The translations under genes and the position numbers were made by a program. From the NCBI GenBank assembly GCA_947624565.1, contig CANQKX010000004.1:3273-67272 (forward strand): a DNA stretch of 64,000 bases, given 5' to 3'. Below, piece after piece: positions 8,504 to 17,371 of the stretch. Within the stretch, counting starts at the first letter, position 1. Every line of letters starts with the position of its first letter. The notes under the pieces were generated by a model. The model ran no database searches. It was not told where the DNA came from and saw only the letters and a list, made by a program, of their open reading frames with translations. This DNA comes from an uncultured Bacilli bacterium. Lineage in GTDB: Bacteria > Bacillota_I > Bacilli_A > RF39 > UBA660.

Positions 8504-9394
8504 TTATTTTCTATTTCTTGGATGACATTTATTAAATACATCTCTTAAATGTTCATTACTTACATGTGTATATATCTCTGTTGAAGATAATGATTCGTGA
8601 CCCAAAAGTTCTTGAACTGCCAATAAATCACAACCATTATCCAAAAGATGTGTAGCAAACGTATGTCTAAACATATGTGGAGTTATATTTAATTTTATAC
8701 TTGTTCTTTTTATAATATCATCTATTATTTGTTCAATTCTTCTTGTTGTTAATCTATCTTTTTTTTCTCCTACAATTAAATATTCACTTTCTGTTTGCAT
8801 AAGTAATTTTTTTCTGCCATCATTTATATACATATTCATTATATCATTAGCATAATCACCAAAAGATACAATTCTTTCTTTGCTACCTTTACCAAATATT
8901 AATATAGTTTTATTACTAAAATCTATATCTTTTAATTTTATATTAACAAGTTCAGATACCCTTATACCACATCCATATAATATCTCTAAAATAAGTTTTT
9001 CTCTTTGACCTTCTTTAGTATTAATATTAGGTACATTAAATATTTCTTCAATATTATTATAGTTAATAAACTTAGGTATTCTTTTTTCCTTTTTAGGAGA
9101 CGATATTAACAAAAACGGATTTGATTTAATTTTATTATTTATAACCAAATATTTATAAAATGTTCTAAGTGAACTTAATTTTCTAGATATTGATGATTTG
9201 GAATTATTCTTATCAGTTAAATAATTGAGATATTTAATACATTCATTATAATTCATATTTTTATAATCTAATTTTTCATTTTTTAAAAATATATTAAATT
9301 CCTGTATATCTCTAGTATAATTTTTACAAGTAAAATCAGAATAATTTTTCTGATATTTTAAATATTCTATAAAATTATTTATATTTTTTTCCAT
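8504..9394 (-). CDS. Tyrosine site-specific recombinase of the XerC/XerD family
   Basis: The C-terminal catalytic region is HMFRHTFATHLLDNGCDLLAVQELLGHESLSSTEIYTHV (R..HxxR..Y). The N-terminal core-binding region is MEKNINNFIEYL...SISRKLSSLRTFYKYL. The tracked ORF extends 28 codons further upstream, and the true start is uncertain. Confidence 0.8.
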   Translation of the reverse strand: MEKNINNFIEYLKYQKNYSDFTCKNYTRDIQEFNIFLKNEKLDYKNMNYNECIKYLNYLTDKNNSKSSISRKLSSLRTFYKYLVINNKIKSNPFLLISSPKKEKRIPKFINYNNIEEIFNVPNINTKEGQREKLILEILYGCGIRVSELVNIKLKDIDFSNKTILIFGKGSKERIVSFGDYANDIMNMYINDGRKKLLMQTESEYLIVGEKKDRLTTRRIEQIIDDIIKRTSIKLNITPHMFRHTFATHLLDNGCDLLAVQELLGHESLSSTEIYTHVSNEHLRDVFNKCHPRNRK

Positions 9395-10148
9395 ATGGAG
9401 TATTATCCATTTCATCTGGAATATACCAATCATCATATTCAATTTCTTCTTTTGGTTGTTGATAATCTTCATCTTCACGTGTTAGACAAATCTTTTTCTT
9501 TTTTTCTTTTTTACTATTTAATGCTTTTAAATATTCTTTTTCTAAATTTCTTCCTGCTATTTCACATTTATATAAATTTTTGTCTGATGGTCTATTATCC
9601 CTTTTATTTAATTCTTCTCTTTCTTCCGCATCAAGTGTATAAAATATAAAATCTCTTATTATGTTATAATATGGTTCTATTTTTTTAATAAAGAAATTAT
9701 AATAATTTGCATCATATTTAAAATTTTTATCAGTTATCATATTATATAAATCATAAATAACTGCATATTTGTATTTTTTTGTATAAATTTTTCTATTTGT
9801 ATCATCTAATAAAAATAAGAAATAAAAATTACCTTCAATATAACTAATTATTCTTTCTTTATCTTTTTTTGAAATAAATATACGAGCATTTCTTCTAAGT
9901 AAAGAATCAGTTATAAATTTATAGTCTTTAAACATAACAAATCTTCGACCTTCACTATCTTGAATATAAAAATTATATTTTTCTATATCATTAATATCGA
10001 TACTATTACTATAATTTAATATTTTTTCAAATAATTCTTTACTATCTTTAAATTCTGTTGTAAATTGATCAATTTCAATAAGATTACCTTCACTTACATT
10101 TATTTTTATATTATTATCTTTAGATTGTATATTAAGAACCAATTGCAT
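9375..10148 (-). CDS. Hypothetical protein (257 aa, Lys/Tyr-rich with an acidic C-terminus)
   Basis: The ORF has an AAGGTAGGT SD-like sequence upstream. No recognisable motifs were found. Confidence 0.4.
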   Translation of the reverse strand: MQLVLNIQSKDNNIKINVSEGNLIEIDQFTTEFKDSKELFEKILNYSNSIDINDIEKYNFYIQDSEGRRFVMFKDYKFITDSLLRRNARIFISKKDKERIISYIEGNFYFLFLLDDTNRKIYTKKYKYAVIYDLYNMITDKNFKYDANYYNFFIKKIEPYYNIIRDFIFYTLDAEEREELNKRDNRPSDKNLYKCEIAGRNLEKEYLKALNSKKEKKKKICLTREDEDYQQPKEEIEYDDWYIPDEMDNTPYGKKYK

Positions 10149-10156
10149 ATATTTAC

Positions 10157-11254
10157 CTACCTTATTGTATATGGGTTTTCTAAACTTCCATCTCCTGAAT
10201 TGTATATAGATAAATTATCAATGTATATAACAGGATACAATGAAAAACTAGCAGAGGCTCTTACTAAATCTGCAACACCATTATTTACAAGATATACTTG
10301 GTATGTATTATCCGCTGAAGCAGTTATTGTTCTCATAGAAGAACTAATATTTTTCATATAATTATAATTTATACATGCTTTATCATTAATAGTTTTACAA
10401 TTTGGATCAATACTAGCTCTACTATATTCACTTAATTGAATTATACTAATTTTTTGATTTGGATATTGTTGTTGACATTCTGATGCACCATCAATACTTA
10501 CATCTGTTTTTGTTCTTTTTCCAATACAAATATCATGTTCAACAATTTTATTTTTCTCTTCTTCTGTAAAAAATTCAACATCTTCAAAAACTTCTTTTAA
10601 ACTATCCTTTAGTCTACTTTTAGAAAAATCATTTATTCCATCATCTTTATCTCTTTCAACATTGTACCTATCATCCCATACTACTTGATCTATATATCTC
10701 TCAGTTGATATTAATTTTAATTCTCCTTTTTCATTTATTTCGATAATTCTATAAATTCTATTTCCTAATTTAATGTAATTATTTGGATCTTCTCCTTTAA
10801 ATACATACTTTTCACCCATTTTATATAATCCATCTTCATTTACAATTTCAACATAATTATCTAATATATAATCTGATATTTTCTTTGTTTCATAATATTT
10901 ACCACATTTTACATATGGAACATAATCATAATTTCCTTCTTTATTTATTATTTGTACATAACCACTACATTTAATATTACTATCTTCAATTGCAAATAAA
11001 TCTTTCATATACTTTTCATTAACTAATGTGTCAATATTTACTTTTGATATTTCTCCATTATTTTTTGGAATTAATTTCTTATTGTCATTAAGATATTTTT
11101 TTGTTGTCAATACCAAATTACTTTCCATATTAGAATAACTTGAACTACTTTTTACATTTTTACCTCCAAAAAAGACAACAATTACAACAATAGCAATTAT
11201 AAAAACTACAACTATTGTTAGTATTTTTAAAATATTTTCTCTAATAAATCCCAT
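10157..11254 (-). CDS. Hypothetical membrane-anchored extracellular protein
   Basis: The N-terminus is a single TM helix (ILKILTIVVVFIIAIVVIVVFFGG). Several Cys residues lie in the ectodomain. The protein ends GDGSLENPYTIR, a G-x-x-E-N-P-Y motif like the one preceding each GLUG-type module in the 29736..32699 protein. Confidence 0.45.
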   Translation of the reverse strand: MGFIRENILKILTIVVVFIIAIVVIVVFFGGKNVKSSSSYSNMESNLVLTTKKYLNDNKKLIPKNNGEISKVNIDTLVNEKYMKDLFAIEDSNIKCSGYVQIINKEGNYDYVPYVKCGKYYETKKISDYILDNYVEIVNEDGLYKMGEKYVFKGEDPNNYIKLGNRIYRIIEINEKGELKLISTERYIDQVVWDDRYNVERDKDDGINDFSKSRLKDSLKEVFEDVEFFTEEEKNKIVEHDICIGKRTKTDVSIDGASECQQQYPNQKISIIQLSEYSRASIDPNCKTINDKACINYNYMKNISSSMRTITASADNTYQVYLVNNGVADLVRASASFSLYPVIYIDNLSIYNSGDGSLENPYTIR

Positions 11255-11298
11255 TATAAATCCCTACCTTTTCTTAATTATAACACATTAAATAAATA

Positions 11299-11323
11299 AA
11301 AAAAAGCACTATTGCTTTTTTAT
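11299..11323 (-). terminator. Rho-independent terminator downstream of the SPFH gene
   Basis: The hairpin aaaaaagc-actatt-gctttttt is AT-rich. Confidence 0.35.
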
Positions 11324-11325
11324 CA

Positions 11326-12207
11326 TTAATCTTTTTTTAATAATTCACTAGCAGTTGTTAACATTCCTGCCATATTTTGCATATCAGATGGAATAATAAT
11401 CTTTGTTGATTGACCATTTGCTACTTTTTCAAATGTTTCAAATGATTTTAATGTAAGTACTGAACTATCAGCCTTTGCATCTTTCAATAATTTTATACCA
11501 GCAGCTGTTGCTTCTTGCACCTTAAGTATTGCTTCTGCTTCACCTTCTGCAAGTTTAATTTGTGATTCTTTTTGTGCTTCTGCTCGTAATATTGCACTTT
11601 CCTTTTCACCTTCTGCAATAAGTATACTTGATTTTTTCTCACCTTCTGCTTGAAGAATTTTTTCTCTTCTTTCTCTTTCTGCTCTCATTTGTTTTTCCAT
11701 TGCTTCTTGAATATCTCTAGGAGGAATTATATTTTTAACTTCTACACGATTTATTTTAATTCCCCATGGATCTGTTGCTTCATCAAGTATCATACACATC
11801 TTACTATTAATTAAATCCCTAGATGTTAATGTTTCATCAAGTTCAAGATCACCTATTATATTTCTAAGTGTTGTTGCAGTTAAATTTTCAATAGCGTTAA
11901 TTGGATTTTCAACACCATAAGTATATAATTTTGGATCTGTAATTTGAAAATAAACTACTGTATCAATTTGCATTGTAACATTATCTTTTGTAATAACTGG
12001 TTGTGGTGCAAAATCACGTACCTTTTCTTTTAATGATACATTATTTGCAATTCTTTCTATAAATGGAATTTTTATATGTAAACCTGTTTGCCAAGTTGCA
12101 TTATAACTTCCAAGTCTTTCTATAACATAAGTTTTTGATTGTGGAACAATCTTAATATTTAATATTATAATAACTATCAATAATATTAATAATATAATTA
12201 TAAGCAT
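11326..12207 (-). CDS. SPFH/band-7 (stomatin/HflC-like) membrane protein
   Basis: The N-terminus is a TM helix. A stomatin-like core is present (YVIERLGSYNATWQTGLHIKIPFIERI...), followed by an Ala/Glu-rich coiled coil. Confidence 0.8.
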   Translation of the reverse strand: MLIIILLILLIVIIILNIKIVPQSKTYVIERLGSYNATWQTGLHIKIPFIERIANNVSLKEKVRDFAPQPVITKDNVTMQIDTVVYFQITDPKLYTYGVENPINAIENLTATTLRNIIGDLELDETLTSRDLINSKMCMILDEATDPWGIKINRVEVKNIIPPRDIQEAMEKQMRAERERREKILQAEGEKKSSILIAEGEKESAILRAEAQKESQIKLAEGEAEAILKVQEATAAGIKLLKDAKADSSVLTLKSFETFEKVANGQSTKIIIPSDMQNMAGMLTTASELLKKD

Positions 12208-12210
12208 AAA

Positions 12211-12624
12211 TTATCTCTCCTTTTCCTTAACTATAACTTTGGCACCCTCTATTTTTATTATTTCAACAATAGTGCCTTCTTTAATTTCAGTTTTAGATGT
12301 TGCCATCCAATCTTTACCATCTACTTTAACTCTACCATTTTCATTTTTCTTTATGTCTTTTGTAACAATACCTTCTTTACCGATAATTACATCAAAATTT
12401 GTCTTTACAATATTTTTCTTAATATATTTATCAAATATTGGTTTTGTAATTATTAATGATAATATTGTTGTAATTGTAAATACAATTAACTGAATAACTA
12501 TATTATTAGTAAAATAAGTACTTATAAAAGCACATAAACTACCAAATGCGAACCATATAGTAACTAGATTAAGCGTAAGTGATTCAAATATTAAAAATGC
12601 AAATATTAGTATAAACCAAATCAT
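12211..12624 (-). CDS. NfeD-family membrane protein (short form, partner of the SPFH protein)
   Basis: Two N-terminal TM helices are followed by a C-terminal OB-fold-like beta domain (GKEGIVTKDIKKNENGRVKVDGKDWMATS). Its stop overlaps the SPFH start (ATGA). Confidence 0.7.
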   Translation of the reverse strand: MIWFILIFAFLIFESLTLNLVTIWFAFGSLCAFISTYFTNNIVIQLIVFTITTILSLIITKPIFDKYIKKNIVKTNFDVIIGKEGIVTKDIKKNENGRVKVDGKDWMATSKTEIKEGTIVEIIKIEGAKVIVKEKER

Positions 12625-12693
12625 AGTAGTACCTCCTTTAAATAATTATATGACCAAAACAATATAAAAAGCAAGAAAAAAATAGACAAAAGT

Positions 12694-13113
12694 CTATTTA
12701 TTTAATAAATCTAGTAAATTTATTTTAAACATGTCCTTATCAGCATTTTCTTTACTAATCATAACACCTTTATATGCACCTAATTCTGTAGCATGACCTT
12801 CTAAGAATAAATCTTCTGGATCAATAGTTTTAAGTAAAATTATATTTTTATTTGTATATACATCATAGTGAAGTACTATTTCTCCATGAACTTTAGTAAA
12901 TAATTCATCTGCAGGTAAAACTAATTCATATGAAACGGTATTTTTATCTGCATTTTCACTTATTTTTTCTCCTAAAAAAATTCCATCCTTCATTTTAGGA
13001 TAAAAATCAAAAATTAATTTTTTAAAGGCAAACATGTTATACTTCTTTACAGAACGTTCACACTTTTTAAATTTTTGTTCATCTAAATATTCAAATATGT
13101 AATTTTCTTTCAT
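12694..13113 (-). CDS. Hypothetical protein (139 aa)
   Basis: The ORF contains a weak RelE/ParE-like stretch (GEIVLHYDVYTNKNIILLKTID). No firm family assignment was made. Confidence 0.35.
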   Translation of the reverse strand: MKENYIFEYLDEQKFKKCERSVKKYNMFAFKKLIFDFYPKMKDGIFLGEKISENADKNTVSYELVLPADELFTKVHGEIVLHYDVYTNKNIILLKTIDPEDLFLEGHATELGAYKGVMISKENADKDMFKINLLDLLNK

Positions 13114-13282
13114 TTTTATCCTCCTTTCAAGATGTCATTATTCCATTTGGCTTTGAAATTGTAACATAAACAACTAAAAATGTCAAATAAAATAAAGATT
13201 TACACATACCTTACAATATTATTATACCATTAAAAAATGCGAGTAATACATCTAAAATGTGTAATTTACTTGCATTTTACAT

Positions 13283-15871
13283 CTATTTTGCATCATACCA
13301 ATTATTTCCTGTTGATACATCTACTTTTAAAGGTACATTTAATTTATATGCATTCTCCATATTATTTATTACTATATTCTTAACTATTTCTTCTTCATTT
13401 TTTAAAACATTAAAAATTAGTTCATCATGTACTTGAAGTATCATTTTACTTTTTAAATTCAATTTATTAAATTCATTATAAATATCAATCATTGCCTTTT
13501 TTAGTATATCTGCACTAGATCCTTGAACTGGAGTATTTAATGCCATTCTTTCTCCTTGGGATTTAATCATATAATTGGTATTATATAACTCATCTATTTT
13601 TCTTTTTCTATTCATTATAGTTTTTACATATCCATTTGCATATGCATCTTTTATTACTTTATCCATATAATTTCTTATTCCAGGGAATGTATCTAAATAA
13701 TTATCCATAAACTTTTTAGCAGATTTAATATCTAAATTTAAATCTTCTGCAAGACCAAAACTACTTATTCCATATATAATTCCAAAATTAACTGCCTTAG
13801 CATCTCTTCTCATATTACTAGTTACTTCTTCTTTAGAAACATGATATATATCCATTGCAGTTTTTGTATGAATATCTAAATCATTATTAAATGCATCTAT
13901 TAAATTTTTTTCGCCTGACATATGCGCGAACATCCTAAGTTCTATTTGAGAATAATCACTAGATAAAAATATAGAATTTTCTTCTGGAATAAAAGCTTTT
14001 CTTATTTCTTTACCTTCTTTATATCTTATTGGTATATTTTGTAAATTAGGTTCAATAGAAGAAAGTCTACCAGTTCTAGTTAATGTTTGTGTATATATTG
14101 TATGAAGTTTCCCATCTTCTTTTATCATATTTTCTATACCCAATACATATGTATTATATATTTTGCTTAAAGTTCTATGTTCAATTATCTTCTCTACTAT
14201 TGGATGATAATCTACTATTTTATCTAATATTTCTCTTGCTGTTGAATAAGATTCTTTTTTCTTTTTAGGATATGGTATTTCAAGTTTATTAAATAAAACA
14301 TCTCCTAATTGTTTTGGTGATTGAATATTAAATTCATATCCAGCATAACTATATATTTCTTCTGTTAATAACTTAATTTTTTTATTTATATTTTCTCCCA
14401 TTTTATTTAATACATCTTTATCTACTCTTACTCCTGTTATTTCCATATCAGCAAGTACATAAGAAAGTTTCATTTCAATATTATTAAATAAATCTAATTG
14501 ATCTTCCTCTTTCATTTTATCTATTAATTTATCTTTCATTTCATATATAAATACTGCTTTTTTACATATAAATTCTTCTATTTTTTCTAAAGTTAAATCT
14601 TTTTCTTTAATAAAATTATCATATAAAGGAATATCATAATCAAAATTATTTGATAAGTATGCAATATCGTCTTTAACATTATAATTTAATATATATGCTG
14701 CAATCATTAAATCAAAAGTACAATTATAAAACTTAATATTATATTTATTTAGCAATACTATATTTTTCTTTAAATCATATGTATATTTTTCTATATTATT
14801 AAATATGCTTGGATTATTAACTATTACATCTTTAGAAATATAATATAAATTATCTCCATCGTATATAGAAGCCCCTATTATATTTGAATCATGATAATTT
14901 AGTTTATCTGTTTCTATATATATTGCTGCTTTATCTTTTAATATTAAATCCTTAATATTATCTATTTTTTTATAACTTATACTGCTACTTGTTTTTGACT
15001 TATAATTATCATCTTTTAAAAAACTATAAAACTCAAGTTCATTATACATATTTTTAAGTTCATCATAATTTGGTCCTTCATATTTTAACTCTTCTAAAGT
15101 ATACTGTACATCTACATCTTTATATATAGTTGCAATTTTTTTACTCATAAATGCAGATTCTTTACCATCTACTAATTTTTGTTTTACAGAACCTTTTATA
15201 TTTTCTAAATTATCATATAAATTTTCTATAGATTCATATTCTTGTAATAATTTTAATGCTGTTTTTTCTCCTATACCTTTTACACCTGGTATATTATCAG
15301 AAGGATCTCCTTCAAGACCTTTTAAATCTATCATTCTAATAGGTTCTATACCATAAGTTTGTCTAAATACATTTTTATCCATTCGAATATAATCTTTTTG
15401 CTTAAGCAATTTTACATCAATTTGATCACTTATTAATTGCAATAAATCTTTATCACTACTAACTATAGTACCAATAAAATCATCATTTTCTTCAATAAGT
15501 TTAGCATATGTACCAATAATATCATCTGCTTCATAATTATCTATTTCAAACATTTTAATTCCTATTAAAGGTACTAATTTTTTAGCTATTACAAATTGTT
15601 TTTTTAAATCTTCTGGAGTTTCATCTCTTTTTCCTTTATAATCTTTAAACTGTTCATGTCTAAATGTTTTACCTTTATCAAATGCTACTACCATATATTC
15701 AGGTTTTTCTTCTTTAATTATTTTATTTAGCATATTTACAAGACCATAAAGACCATTTGTTGGAAAACCTTTACTATTTCTCATCATATTTCCAGTATAT
15801 GCGGTTGCAAAATAACTTCTAAATAATAAATTATTACCATCTACTAATATTACTTTCTTCATATAATTCAC
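13283..15871 (-). CDS. polA: DNA polymerase I
   Basis: The 5'-3' exonuclease N-terminus is present. Family-A polymerase motifs are DYSQIELRMFAH and NTPVQGSSADILK. The protein is 862 aa. Confidence 0.9.
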   Translation of the reverse strand: MNYMKKVILVDGNNLLFRSYFATAYTGNMMRNSKGFPTNGLYGLVNMLNKIIKEEKPEYMVVAFDKGKTFRHEQFKDYKGKRDETPEDLKKQFVIAKKLVPLIGIKMFEIDNYEADDIIGTYAKLIEENDDFIGTIVSSDKDLLQLISDQIDVKLLKQKDYIRMDKNVFRQTYGIEPIRMIDLKGLEGDPSDNIPGVKGIGEKTALKLLQEYESIENLYDNLENIKGSVKQKLVDGKESAFMSKKIATIYKDVDVQYTLEELKYEGPNYDELKNMYNELEFYSFLKDDNYKSKTSSSISYKKIDNIKDLILKDKAAIYIETDKLNYHDSNIIGASIYDGDNLYYISKDVIVNNPSIFNNIEKYTYDLKKNIVLLNKYNIKFYNCTFDLMIAAYILNYNVKDDIAYLSNNFDYDIPLYDNFIKEKDLTLEKIEEFICKKAVFIYEMKDKLIDKMKEEDQLDLFNNIEMKLSYVLADMEITGVRVDKDVLNKMGENINKKIKLLTEEIYSYAGYEFNIQSPKQLGDVLFNKLEIPYPKKKKESYSTAREILDKIVDYHPIVEKIIEHRTLSKIYNTYVLGIENMIKEDGKLHTIYTQTLTRTGRLSSIEPNLQNIPIRYKEGKEIRKAFIPEENSIFLSSDYSQIELRMFAHMSGEKNLIDAFNNDLDIHTKTAMDIYHVSKEEVTSNMRRDAKAVNFGIIYGISSFGLAEDLNLDIKSAKKFMDNYLDTFPGIRNYMDKVIKDAYANGYVKTIMNRKRKIDELYNTNYMIKSQGERMALNTPVQGSSADILKKAMIDIYNEFNKLNLKSKMILQVHDELIFNVLKNEEEIVKNIVINNMENAYKLNVPLKVDVSTGNNWYDAK

Positions 15872-15956
15872 CTACTTAAATATAATTATATCATGAAAAT
15901 TTGATTTATTTTTATTTTTAGTTATAATATTAATCAATTATTTTGGGGGTTATTAT

Positions 15957-16709
15957 ATGAAAAAAATAAATTTTGATAAAGGAAAAGTAATTAAAGTATT
16001 TAATAAAACCGGAGTAGAATCTACTATTTACTTATATGAACTAGATGGTAAAATTGTTTTATTAAAAAGATTTAAAGATGAAATAAAGTTTCATGATAGA
16101 GTTATAATAACATCTGAAAATATATTAGAAAATAAAGAAAAAAAGATAGAACTTATTGAAAATAAAATGTGTTTAAAAGATGAAGTTAAAATTTTAGCAA
16201 GTGCATATGAAGATGGAAAATTTATTGGATATTTTATGGAATTTGACGACTCATATTTAAAAACAGTTGATCAATTTTTAAAAAGAAAAAATAAAATTAA
16301 GATACTTAAGCAATTAAGAAAAAAAATAGAAGAGTTTAATAGTAACAATATTTTTATTGGAGATATGAAATTAGATAATATTCTTTTATCTAGTGACTAT
16401 GATATAAAATTATGTGACTTAGATAATTTTAAAATAGATAATCTTGATTTTGACATACAATCTGTAATTATGAAACATTTTAATAAAAGATGTTCTAAAA
16501 CAGAATATATTGATTCATATGTATTTAATTTATTTACAATATCATTAATAGAAAATATATACATGCCTTACATATTTGATTATTTAAGTAGCGAAAAACT
16601 TCCACATATAATAAATACTAAAGAAAACAAAGATGTTTTGGACAGTATTATTAATCTTGATAGTACATATGAAAGAAAATTTTTAATTGATAATATAAGA
16701 CATATGTAG
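15957..16709 (+). CDS. Small protein-kinase-like fold protein (atypical, 250 aa)
   Basis: A GGGGGT SD lies 6 nt upstream and TATAAT at 15924-15929. VLLKRF is a beta3-Lys-like element, IFIGDMKLDNILL is a catalytic-loop-like HRDLKPEN analogue, and KLCDLDNF is a DFG-like element. The Gly-loop is degenerate. Confidence 0.4.
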   Translation: MKKINFDKGKVIKVFNKTGVESTIYLYELDGKIVLLKRFKDEIKFHDRVIITSENILENKEKKIELIENKMCLKDEVKILASAYEDGKFIGYFMEFDDSYLKTVDQFLKRKNKIKILKQLRKKIEEFNSNNIFIGDMKLDNILLSSDYDIKLCDLDNFKIDNLDFDIQSVIMKHFNKRCSKTEYIDSYVFNLFTISLIENIYMPYIFDYLSSEKLPHIINTKENKDVLDSIINLDSTYERKFLIDNIRHM

Positions 16710-16757
16710 AATATAATTATTTTTTTTGGTAATAATATCAAAGAAAGGATTGATATT

Positions 16758-16958
16758 ATGAGTATAAAAGATTATATAGTACAAAATTTTAAAGATGATG
16801 ATGAAAATACTATTAAAAACGCTATTGATGAAAGTGTAAAAGAATATAATGAAGATGCTTTACCAGGTCTTGGAATATTTTTTATGCTTGTTTGGGAAAA
16901 TTCCAATGAGGAAGAAAAAAATACTATTTTAGAGAAGATTAAATCTAATCTAAAATAG
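16758..16958 (+). CDS. Hypothetical small protein (66 aa)
   Basis: The ORF lies 45 nt downstream of the kinase-like gene on the same strand. No motif was recognised. Confidence 0.3.
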   Translation: MSIKDYIVQNFKDDDENTIKNAIDESVKEYNEDALPGLGIFFMLVWENSNEEEKNTILEKIKSNLK

Positions 16959-16963
16959 TATTT

Positions 16964-17305
16964 TTATTCTTCGTATAAAAGTTCATTAGCATATCTAAGT
17001 GCTAATTTCTTTTCTGCTAAATCTTTTGTTGATGTAATATTAGTTTGTAATGCATTTTCAATATTATTTTGTCTTTTAGAAATAAGAATTTTTTCAGATT
17101 CATCTATTAAACTTTCATCAATGCAAGAATGTATATCACGAAGCATTAATTCTTTTATTTTAAATAAATCTGCATCAGTTTTTATCATTTCTTGAAGTTG
17201 TTCATAAGTTAATCCACTTTCTAATAATTCTTTGTATTTTTTAGTTAACTCAACAACCTTATTAATATCATAATAAATTATTTCATTTAAAATATCATCT
17301 GTCAT
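16964..17305 (-). CDS. Hypothetical coiled-coil protein (113 aa)
   Basis: The ORF sits between pheT and the kinase-like gene. It is predicted to be all-alpha. Confidence 0.35.
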   Translation of the reverse strand: MTDDILNEIIYYDINKVVELTKKYKELLESGLTYEQLQEMIKTDADLFKIKELMLRDIHSCIDESLIDESEKILISKRQNNIENALQTNITSTKDLAEKKLALRYANELLYEE

Positions 17306-17371
17306 TATAAATCTCCTCTACTTTCCTTTTTTTGCATTGTATATTATATGAAATAATTACTATAATGTCAA

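Noticed and set aside
9395-12493. Plus-strand ORFs 9395..9649, 10065..10361 and 12239..12493
   Set aside because: They are antisense to the recombinase, the unknown 9375..10148 and 10157..11254 genes and the NfeD gene respectively. All are hydrophobic low-complexity translations of AT-rich antisense sequence.
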